Source of the DNA: Lama guanicoe
Lineage: Eukaryota
Assembly (NCBI GenBank): GCA_013239625.1
Contig: MU056262.1
Coordinates: 9,090,134-9,154,133, forward strand
Direction of reading: 5' to 3'
DNA length: 64,000 bases
The position numbers and the translations under genes are program-made. The notes under the pieces are model-generated. The model did no database searches and was not told the origin of the DNA. It saw only the letters and a program-made list of their open reading frames with translations. Of the stretch, positions 45,401 through 55,705 are shown one piece after another; positions within the stretch are counted from its first letter, which is position 1; each line of letters begins with the position of its first letter.

Positions 45401-48400
45401 TGCCTGATGTTCAGCAAGTCGGCATCGGTCAGGGTGAACTAATCCGGTTGTCCTCACTGTCTTCTCTTGTCCGGCACCTACTCTACACCCTCTATGCGAC
45501 TGAACGCCAGGGGTCAGTGGGGCAGCTGGTCGCTTCCTTGTTCAGGCGGGAAAAAAGCGGGCCTGAGTCCACCTGCTTCGCAAGCCAGTTATCCCTCTGC
45601 TTTGATAAGGGGCAGCCCAGCTCTCCACATTCACTCCCCTTCCACGAAGCGATAAATTGATCATTTCCACTTAAAAATCTGAATTAAGTCCTTCATTGTC
45701 TAAAACTGACTCCTTGCTACCTACAGGATAAAGGCCAAGCTTCATAGCAAGGCGTTCAGGGCTCTTCATAACTGGGTAGAAACATAGCCCGAAGTCAAAA
45801 CCTGGGCACTTTTGTCTCCTGTTTACATAGTTTGTTGGGGATATGTGAATTTGCCTTTAGCTCTGTGTTTTAATACCTTTTTGCTTTAGATATGCAGTTT
45901 TCTCACTTTGTAATACTCTTTTATCCCCTACCTCCACCCACCAGTATGGAAAATTTACATCTCTTCTTTAAAAAAATACCTTGGATTTCATTTCTTTGGA
46001 AAAGCCTCCCTTCACATGTAATCGCTGACTCCTTTGTACTTTTATTCTTGCTACTACTTTGGAGTATATTGTGTTATCTCACCTGATAGTGGGTCTGGGG
46101 ATTGTGTTATTTTTGTTTGCATCTGAGTGTCAGGCTCTGTGCCTGGCATAAAATAGGAGGTGAATCGGCTGGGATAGGTTGCTGGCTTAAGAATGGATAC
46201 AGGCTCAACTATATTGTTGAGTACCTGTCATGGGCCAGGACCTGAAATGAGCAGAGCAAGTGTGTATGTCCTGTTTGCACATGCACATGTATGTGTGTGG
46301 TAAGTGGTGCAGCCTTGTCAACTTTGATGGTCTAAATTCTCCTGGGGTGGTTTTTCAAAATACAAATTCAAGAGTCTCACTGTCTGAGATTTTGATTCAG
46401 AATATCTGGAATCTGGTAGAAATATGTATTTTTTTTAAAAACTCTCAGGTGACTTTACTGTGCTCCCTGGTTGAAGATCATTGCTCCAGAAAACTGTTGT
46501 GTCTTTGTCCGATGGGAAAGGCTGGCGATGCCCTGTGGCACACAGCTGTTGCAGTCTCATTGCCCATACCTTGGGAAGGCAGTATGATTTGGTGGTTAGA
46601 AGTATGGGCTTTGGAGTTAGAAAGACTTAGATTCAGTTCTTGGCTTTTATGAGATCTTGAGGTTCTTTGAGTCCTAGTTTGCTCGTCCCATGATAGGAAT
46701 AATCATGCCTACTTTATGTGGTTGCAGAGAGGAGTGAGAATGCATATAAAACACTTAGTTGGAACTCAGGAAATGGAAGCCACTGTTATTACTAATGGCC
46801 GTTCTTCCCACAGTGCATCCCTTGTCAAAAGCCTGCTCCCTCTTCAAACTGAACCTTGTGTAGGAAGCTACCTAATGTAATGTAATTTCCTTGAGGTAAT
46901 TTCTAATCATCAGGGAAAGCTCTGACAAAACTATGCTTCTACTCAGGGCAGTTGCAGTTGGCTATTCTCCTAGAAGTTATGTGGATTGCTGACTCATTGG
47001 AGGGTGGGTTTGCTGTATTCAGCAAACATTGTCCAGGTCTAATTGCCATTCCTGTGCTTGTTAGGTTGTATAAATGAGCTAGAGAAAGTGCAGCTTTCAG
47101 GAAACCTCTTTGCCTTTTACACTGAGCTAGAGCTGTGCCTCACTTGGAATGGAATATCCCTGAAGATGCTAGTGACTGTGAAATCTGAACTAGATACTGG
47201 GATTTTCTGTCACTCACAAGTTCATAGCTAAATGAGTGAGACTTTGGTTTGGCCTTCTGTTTTACTTTGTAAGTATGAGCATGTTGTGTGAGCAAATTTG
47301 ATCCTCTTCAGTGCTTCCTAGCTGTCTGATGTGAATTGGTTATAGGTGTGTTTAAGTGTTGACTCAAGCTTTCTGATAGCTGAGAACAGCTGTCTCCATT
47401 GATCCCAGGATACACAGAAAAATTTGAGAACAGCCCTGGAAGAAGGGAAACAATTCTGCTTGTTGAGAGCTGGAGAAAGACTTACTTATTTGAACTTTCT
47501 TTCCTTCCAAGAATCTTACTCAGTGAGTATTAAGCTGATTTGTGTTGGCTAGGTCATCACTGAGCTAATTCTTGGTACAACCCCCTGTTGCCATGGCGTC
47601 CCATGTGATGCTGAAGTAAAAAAGAATGTGCTGTTTTCATTTGCTGGGGGCTAATTATCTCAGTTGGACCCCTTCCAGACTGCCAGCCTTGAAGTAGCCT
47701 CACTTAGCATCATAAGAGAAATGGATCAGGGGACTCTCGGTGTAGAACCATCTGGTCTGTTAAGTTCCTTGAGAACAGAGATTATAACTGCTTTCTTTTT
47801 GTCTGTCACAGCCCCTGGCAGAGTTCCTGGCCCACAACAGGAGCTCAGTAAATTTATTTGTGGGTTGTACTTTGGGATTTTGGAAGGAGAACTTCAGGTA
47901 CATTGCCAGAGTCTGTATTTCTGATTATGGAATGGGCTGTAGGTGGGATGTCTCAGATGGAGTTGGGATCAGGATAAAATGATGAGGACACAACAAACTT
48001 TTGAACTTCTCTCCCTCTCTCAGCTCTAAGGCAGAAGTCTGTGCTTACCAAATATTACCATGTAGAGCAGTGGTGCATAGTTGGAGCTCTTGAGAAGTAA
48101 GGTCTTGAGCTACTATATTCCAAAAAGAAGTCATAACAATTTTTATTACAAAATAATATTATAAGTTAAAACATTACAGAAGTGAATAGTGCACCATGTC
48201 TTTAGACACAAACACTAATCATTTTTTTAATTGAAGTATAGTTGATTTACAATGTTGTGTACAGCAAAATGATTCCGTTATACATATGTACATTCTTTTT
48301 CATATTCCTTTCCATTATGGTTTATTATACGATACTGAATATAGTTCCCAGTGCTATACAGTGGGACCTTGTTGTTTATCTGTTTTATATGTAGTAGTTT

Positions 48401-51400
48401 GTATCTGCTAATCCCAGACTCCTAATGTATCCCTCCCCCAGCCCCCTTTCCCTTTGGTAACCATAAGTTTGTCTTCTATGTCTGTGAGTCTGTTTTGTAA
48501 ATAAATTCATTTGTATCATATTTTAGATCCCATATATAAGTGGTATTGTATGATATTTGTCTTTCTCTGAGTTACTTCATTTAGTATAATCTCTAGGTCC
48601 ATCTATGTTGCTGCAAATGATATTTCATTCTTTTTTATGGCTGAGTATTCTCTTGTATATATGATTGTATATATACCACATCTTTATCCATTCATCTGTC
48701 GATGGACACTTTGGTTGCTTTCATGTCTTGGCTGTTGTAAATAGTGCTGCTGTAATCATTGAGATGCAGGTATCTTTTCAAATTAGAGACAAACATTAAT
48801 CATTTTTAATAACTTGGTGTATATTCCTAAAATTTGGTGTAATAATTGGTGTGTATTCCTCTAGATTTTTTCTTATTGCATGTACTAGTCTATACATTTC
48901 TATACTATATATATTTTTAACTTCAAAAATGAAATATGTGGTGATGATTTAAAAATACAGCAGTGGCACAGAAGTGTGTAAAGTGAGAAGTGAAAGTCCC
49001 CCTTCCTTCCTTCCTTCCACCTGTTCCCTCCACATTCCCACACTGTAGAGGTAGTTACTGTCAACAATTTCTCTTCTACCTTACCAGGATATTTTTCTTC
49101 CATATATATGTCTATACCTTTTTTTAATCCCTCATTGGACATATGCTTCACATACTATTTTAAAATACTTGCTACATCAGAAACATGGATCCCAGGACAA
49201 AGCTACTCAATAAACTTGACTGATACTTTTCTTTGTCAGTATATATGGATTTACCTCATTCATTTCAATAGCTGTAGAGCATTCCATTACATGAATATAC
49301 CATAGTTTATTCAATTATTTCCTTACTGATGGATATTTGGATTGTTTCCACTTTCTTTTTATTATTATAAAGAATGTTTTCATGAACTTGCGTGTACAGA
49401 TATATCTTTGCATACTTGTGGAAGTGGTTTTGTAGAATTATTTCTGAAAATGAAATCGCTTTGTCTCATGTCAGTTTCCCTATTTCAGAAAGCAAAATCC
49501 CGCTGTTCCCCCTAAGGTTGCAGAGGTCCTTGTTTGAGGGTTTTGTCTAAAATGACAGACTTCTTTGCCCGTTTTCCTTACTTGCATTAGGTTGGTTAGA
49601 AGTGCTATTTTGCAGTTAATTATTTCTGGGATTCCTGAGCAATTACTGCCTACTTCATTTTGAAAGACAGTCTTTCAAAACACGGGAGCAGAATATAGAG
49701 GTCTTTGAAAACTAAAGGTTGTAAAGCTTTGCCGTAGAGAACAATCTTAGGAGGTGTTATTGGAGAGAGCCGAGTGCCTACTGGCACCCTGCCTGGCGAC
49801 ATCCACAGACTTCTGTGGCCAGGAAATTGTTTCAGGATCCATCCTGTGCCCTCTTTCCTGGGCCCCTGGCCTCCCTGCAGATGGATCTGGCAGCTTGTGG
49901 ACAGACTTGCTTTGGAGTTCCGATAACAATGTGTAATGCCCAAAAGGCCCAAGAGCTCCAGCTTCCTTTGTGTTGCTCCGATTTAACCCCCAGCCTGGCC
50001 TCTTCCTGCCACTTGAAAATTTCTGAGGTTCTGGGATTGTTGCCCTGCAGCAAAAAAGAAATTCAAGAGCTAGCCAGACCACCTTTCATTCATTGTTAAC
50101 AAACATTGAATGACTGCTCTGAGCTCAGCATTTTGCCGGGAGCTAGAGAGATCTAGAAACTTGAGAAGTGGCCCCTTCCCTCAAGAGGCTGACCGCTCTG
50201 GTGATCAAAAGCAGTCTAGATTATAGTAGTGAGCAGCGTGACCCGGACTGTGCTTGGAATGGAGGTTTCAGAAGACATGCCCTTCAGAAAAGATCCTCAG
50301 TAAAGTTTCATTAATTCACCAACTAAGTGTATGAGGAAGGATTGAGGCCTTTATCTGGTGAGGCTGAATTCTGCCAGGCTCCAGGCACTTCTGGAGCTCT
50401 GAATGGAGAACCAGGAGATTTGGGTTTGTGCTTGGCCATCACTATCCGAGTGTCTTTGAACAAGTTTCTACCTTTTTGGCCTGTTGTTTCTACAGAATGT
50501 TAGGACAGAAGTGCTGAGTGCTCACACCCCGCTGCTGCACTCTGTCTACCACATTTACCTTCTTTGAGGAGTGCTTTGGATCAGACTAGGAGTTGAGGGT
50601 GTGGAGGCTGACTCTAGAGAGCTCAGTACTTTCTGTAAGATGCGGCAGAATTGGTGTGGTGAAATGGAATGGTGATTTGTCATAGCTGGCATAGCGTGAC
50701 CCTCCTAGGAGGTCTCTTCCTGAGGCTTCCTCATTCATCCTCACCTACCCATACACCCACCCTGGTCACTCTGCTGGGACACACCCAGGAGAGCTGATGA
50801 CAGGAAAACACGTTTCCTTTCTTCCCAGAAGGAGTTTTGCCAGCTGCCTCCCTTGTCTCTATGTTTGCTTTTTTACCTAACTGATGTGGAAAGAGATTTA
50901 ACTGATATAATGGGAGTGTGGAGCAGCTATGATCACCTGGAGTTATCAGTTGTCTCTCCCTACCCCCCACCCCCCATCCCAAGCTGGCACCCTCTCTCCT
51001 CCACTCTCGGTCTGTAGTTGGGAAGGTGGAGTACCAGCTTCAGCCTGTCTTTGAAGAGTTTCTAACTGAAACAAATGTAAGAGAAACTGTGTCCCAGGTC
51101 AGAGAAGGGTAATCCTTGGTTCTCTTACTGCTGACTTGAGAACCTTGCTCAGGCTTTGTTTAAAGTGAGAGCTCAGGCCTTTTCTTTGTAAACCTTAGTT
51201 TTTCTCATCAGGACCAGACTAGGTATGCACATTGAAAGAAAAAGAGCCATTGAGTATACCTGGAGACATTTATTTTGTGGATCTAGGGTTCTGCCTTCTC
51301 ACCAGGAAGAAGTGACATCTGAGTAGCTGTGCTGGGTCACCCATGCAATTTGTCTTCTCTTTGAATCGTAGGCATTGCTTACAGTGTGGTCTTAGGGATC

Positions 51401-54038
51401 AGGGCCTTTGTTCTGCCTCAGGAAACCTGGCCCAAGAGCTGTATTTTTCCTGGGCTGCAGCCTTTTACCATATTGAGTGTTGTATTTTCCCTGAAAGAAG
51501 AGATGAGTCTGCAGAATTCCAAAGTCCACAGTTCTAATCTTTGGCCTCTGTGAAAAGGAACCTTGTTTCTAAATGCCGTTGTTTAAACATGATTTCCTAA
51601 GCTGCTGTGTGGGATCTCCTGAGCATTTGGGTGAGAACTGCGGCAAGTTCTGAAGAGCCTTGTGTTAGTGGAGGAATCTTTTCTTCTCATATAAAGAAAG
51701 ATAAACCTCATCCTGCTGAGAGTCATGTTTACATACTGATTAAAACCTAAGCCGTTAATCTTTGATCTTTTTATCTGATGGATTGGTAATCAAGGTCTTG
51801 TGTATGTTTCAGAGGTGAGCTTATTCCTTGGAAGAGTTGGCCACATTGGTCAGTTATTACCATCTTGAATTCAGGCTGTTGACTCCCTGGAATCTGAGGG
51901 TCTCTGTGTGGGTTCTCTGTGACCCTCAAGATGCCCTAGCAAAACCTCTTTGGGTCTCCCTCTGCTGCCTTTCATGGGATCTTTTGCTGGCTTTGCAAGG
52001 GGGTGGGGGTAGGAGTTGGTGTTGGTGTTGTCCCTTGGCCCCAAGTACCACCCTTGGGCAGCCATGGAATCTCTGACCAGCTCTTCTCAACCATTAGATT
52101 CTACAGTCGGCCACCCCACCACAATGCATCCAGAACTTAACTTTCCCCATTGTTTACCAAACCTGTCCCTCCTGCTGCACTACTGACCCTCTGCCCAGGA
52201 ACTTGAGCAAGGGACTGGAGTGCCGCTTTCTCCTCCCTTTCACCCCTTAGGTCATGCCTCCATTCCCTGGCAGTACATTCCCCAGCTGACCTCTCTTCAT
52301 TCCCCCCTCCTCACTCACCCTGTCAGTTTTTGACCCTCAGCCTTGTACTTCTTTCTAAACACAGAATTGCCTCTCCTTATAAACCCTTTGGTAGCTTCCT
52401 GTCACTTCCTAGGAAGGTCCTGACTCCTCACCGTAACTTTGTGCTGCTCTCCACAACCTAGTTCCTACTGACTTTCCAACACTTCAGCCCCCAGTCCTGT
52501 CTTCGTATTGCCAAACTGCCCATTTGCAGGCACAGGGTGCTCCTCTGGGCCTTTGAGTGTGTTATTGTCTCTGCCTGAAATGCCATTCCACTTTTCCCCA
52601 TCCGCTTATTCTTACTTCAAACTCAGCGTGGGAGTCCCCTCCTCCAGGAAGCTTTCCGTAATCCCTGCATCATTTTACACATTTACTCTTATTTTCTCAA
52701 GCCTAACACTTACCTTGCTATATTGCAATTACCTGTTTTTATGCTTTGCTCATCATTTAGATTATGAGTTTATTGACCATGTTTTGCCTGTTTTTTTGTG
52801 TATGTGTATGTTAAAACATAACCAGTACTGGATGTCTTATTCATTCCTGTATCCCTAGTAGATGTTCAGTAAACGTTTGATCTGAATTACTTATTTTATC
52901 CCCATTTCTGTATGTCATAATAGGAAATTCTCAGCTCTCTTCTTTCACCCTTCGGGCCCTCAGATAGAGTTAGAGAAGGGCATCCTAGATAGAAATGACC
53001 TCTGGAAAGCAGTACTTCATCATGTCACCTTGTCCAGGGCTCCACCAGCCACAAGGTATTAATAGTCAGAACATCTTTGGGAAACAAATGGGGAAGGCCC
53101 CTGGATCCTCATCCCGAAGAAGCAGCATACCCCAATCCACAGCATGAGTCTCATTTGGGTGAAGCTGCTTGTGTCCTTTCTGTGCTCAAGGCTCCCTCTG
53201 CCTCTTAAGTGAAGCCCAGGTTAGTTTGGTGGCTACCTGGTGGCAGCGTGCTAAGGCTTGTGGTCCCAAGTTCACTGGGATTGATTTTAGCCATTCTGGG
53301 ATTTGTGTGGCATTTTAGTTATCTATGTGGTAAACTGGGTAAGTGGGAGACCCTGGAAAAGGGTGTTAAACTGCCAGGGTGAAGATGATGCCTTAGCAAA
53401 GTTAATGGGAGCCATCCAGAAAGAGTGAGGTTAGGGCAAAGACCCAGGGCAGTGTGTAGTGGTGATGGTTGTTGCAGGGGGAGCATCAACCCCTGCAGGA
53501 GGCCTAGAGGGCCAGGAAGATATCCATGAGCGGGGAAACCTTGGAGAAGTGGCCTTCTGAGCCTTGGTGGGTGATAGTGTTGGAAATGCGCCTCTAACAC
53601 TCCACACCTCCATTTCAGAAAAGATGAGTTAGAGTAATAAGAGGAATGATTTTAACCTTTAAAAAATACAGGACTTCAACTAGGATAAGGGACCCTGGCA
53701 GAGTAGGGAGGAGGGTGGGGATAGTGACAGCTGAGCATGGTGCATGTTCCTGCCCCTCTTCGGAGTTGAAGAGTAGCATGAAAGTCAGATCCAGGGAGAC
53801 ATGAATCAAAAGCCTGGAGCTCAGACCCAGTCTTTCATCTAGATCCTCCATGGTACCTGGACCCTAAGCCCTCAGAGGGGAAAGCCATTCTCCCTTACAG
53901 GGAACTATGTTAGAGGCAGGTCTTCAGGCTAGGTTTATCTAGGGGTAAGGGGTTGGGGTTGAGGAGGGTGGCTGGTATCCCTTCAGAAGTGTCCCTGGCA
54001 TTGCTGAGTTGTCCTTTCTTCTGTCTGTATAGGTGTAG
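45048..54038 (+). CDS. Candidate spliced upstream ORF of PSKH1 (45048-45134 + 54033-54038): [30 protein letters not shown], 30 aa
   Basis: Strong Kozak AGGATGG; 87-nt phase-0 exon piece joined to GTG TAG. Translation is not demonstrated. Confidence 0.5.
46340..46490. mobile_element. MER5-like hAT DNA transposon fragment
   Basis: aaaatacaaattc...gagattttgattcag...tgtattttttttaaaaactctcaggtgac...ggttgaagatcattgct. Confidence 0.55.
46575..46795 (+). mobile_element. MIR SINE
   Basis: ggcagtatgatttggtggttagaagtatgggctttggagttagaaagacttagattcag...gaataatcatgcctactttatgtggttg. Confidence 0.6.
48227..48788 (-). mobile_element. 5'-truncated L1 (3'UTR end) with ~19-bp TSD
   Basis: ttttaattgaagtatagttgatttacaatgttgtg...atccattcatctgtcgatggacactttggttgctttcatgtcttggctgttgtaaatagtgctgc is an artiodactyl L1 3' end. 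TSD ACAAACA(C/T)TAATCATTTTT at 48208-48226 and 48789-48807. Confidence 0.9.
49210..49460 (-). mobile_element. Ancient L1M fragment
   Basis: cattccattacatgaatataccatagtttattcaa...ctgatggatatttggattgtttcca, characteristic of old L1 3' regions. Confidence 0.6.
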
Positions 54039-54102
54039 ATGGGGCACTGCCTGCAGAGCAGGTCCTGCCAGCCTCACTAGGAAGGATGCCTCCGTGTCCG
54101 TG

Positions 54103-55059
54103 ATGGGCTGTGGGACAAGCAAGGTCCTTCCTGAGCCGCCCAAGGATGTCCAGCTGGACCTGGTCAAGAAGGTGGAGCCCTTCAGTGGCACTAAGAGCGA
54201 TGTATACAAGCACTTCATCACAGAGGTGGACAGTGTTGGCCCCCTCAAAGCTGGTTTCCCAGCAGCCAGTCAGTGTGCAAATCCATTCCCTAGTGTGCCC
54301 CCTACTGGCCACACAGAACCTCCCTCAGAACCACCACGCAGGGCTAGGGTAGCTAAGTACAGGGCCAAGTTTGACCCACGTGTGACAGCCAAGTATGACA
54401 TCAAAGCCCTGATTGGCCGAGGCAGCTTCAGCCGAGTGGTACGTGTAGAGCACCGGGCAACCCGGCAGCCATATGCCATTAAGATGATTGAGACTAAGTA
54501 CCGGGAGGGACGGGAGGTCTGTGAATCAGAGCTGCGTGTGCTGCGCCGGGTGCGCCACGCCAACATCATCCAGCTGGTGGAGGTGTTTGAGACACAGGAG
54601 CGCGTGTACATGGTGATGGAGTTGGCCACTGGTGGAGAGCTCTTTGACCGCATCATCGCCAAGGGTTCTTTCACTGAGCGTGATGCCACGCGGGTACTGC
54701 AGATGGTACTGGATGGCGTCCGATATCTGCATGCACTGGGCATCACACACCGAGACCTCAAGCCTGAGAATCTGCTCTACTACCACCCAGGCACTGACTC
54801 CAAGATCATCATCACCGACTTTGGTCTGGCCAGTGCCCGCAAGAAGGGTGATGACTGCCTGATGAAGACCACCTGTGGCACACCTGAGTACATTGCCCCT
54901 GAGGTCCTGGTCCGCAAGCCCTACACCAACTCAGTTGACATGTGGGCCCTGGGTGTTATTGCCTACATCCTGCTCAGTGGCACCATGCCCTTTGAGGATG
55001 ACAACCGCACCCGGCTGTACCGGCAGATCCTCAGGGGCAAGTACAGTTACTCGGGGGAG
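54103..55059 (+). CDS. PSKH1: Serine/threonine-protein kinase H1, coding exon 2 (319 codons). The final exon lies beyond the right edge.
   Basis: MGCGTSKVLPEPPKDVQLDLVKKVEPF dual-acylation N-terminus. Kinase motifs GRGSFSRV, YAIK, HRDLKPEN, DFG, CGTPEYIAPE, DMWALG. Donor GAG|GTGAGT at 55059/55060. Confidence 0.97.
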
Positions 55060-55214
55060 GTGAGTCTGCCCGTCCCAGGATGCTGAGAGGCCCCTGTGTG
55101 TGTGTGTGGTGTGGGGGGTTCTATCCTGCAGCCTTCAATCAGGGGGATGTGCTCTGAAGGCCATGTTCTTGGGACCAGGCAGATAATGTAAAAATGATGA
55201 AGTGAGACTAGTAG

Positions 55215-55705
55215 AGTATCTTAGTTTGGGTTCTCTCAAAAGTGAAGCCTGAGACAAGGACTCGGGACTAGATAGTTTAATTATGATTCCAGTAAGCATA
55301 AGTGAAGAGTGGGGAAAGTGAGACAGAAAAGGAGAAAGACAATAAGGGGTATAAGAAGGAGTGGACTGCCACTGTGGGCCACTGGAACTCAGTCCCACTG
55401 GGGACCCTGTGAATAATCATGTGAAACATACCTCAGAATCATACCACTGAGAGGCAGGAAAGTGGGTGGGCTTAATCTGGCTCTGGTATGAGTTGAGAAT
55501 TTCTTTGAGGTGAGCGGGGTCATTAAATCCCTGGCACTTTTGGGCTGTGCTGAATGCCACCTAGTGCTGGAGAAAGTCCTCAGGCAAAGAGGCAGAGAGA
55601 TGCAGCAGTGTGAAGCTGTCTGCTCGCACAGGAGCACTACAACTGCAGGCGAGCTCAGAGGTGGGCTGAGAGGAAGTGGGGACAGGGAGCCCACAACATC
55701 TCCTC
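55215..55705 (-). mobile_element. ERVL-class solo LTR (LTR16/LTR33-like), degenerate
   Basis: tatcttagtttgggttctctcaaaagtgaagcctgagacaaggactcggg...tagtttaatt resembles the reverse-complement end of old ERVL LTRs; subfamily uncertain. Confidence 0.5.

Noticed and set aside
47602-47650. C/D-box snoRNA-like words (GTGATG...CTGA) in PSKH1 intron 1
   Set aside because: Imperfect C box, wrong box spacing and no convincing terminal stem.
53953-54102. ORF-track 50-aa N-terminal extension of PSKH1
   Set aside because: It starts at a TTG inside intron 1 and would abolish the MGC myristoylation N-terminus.
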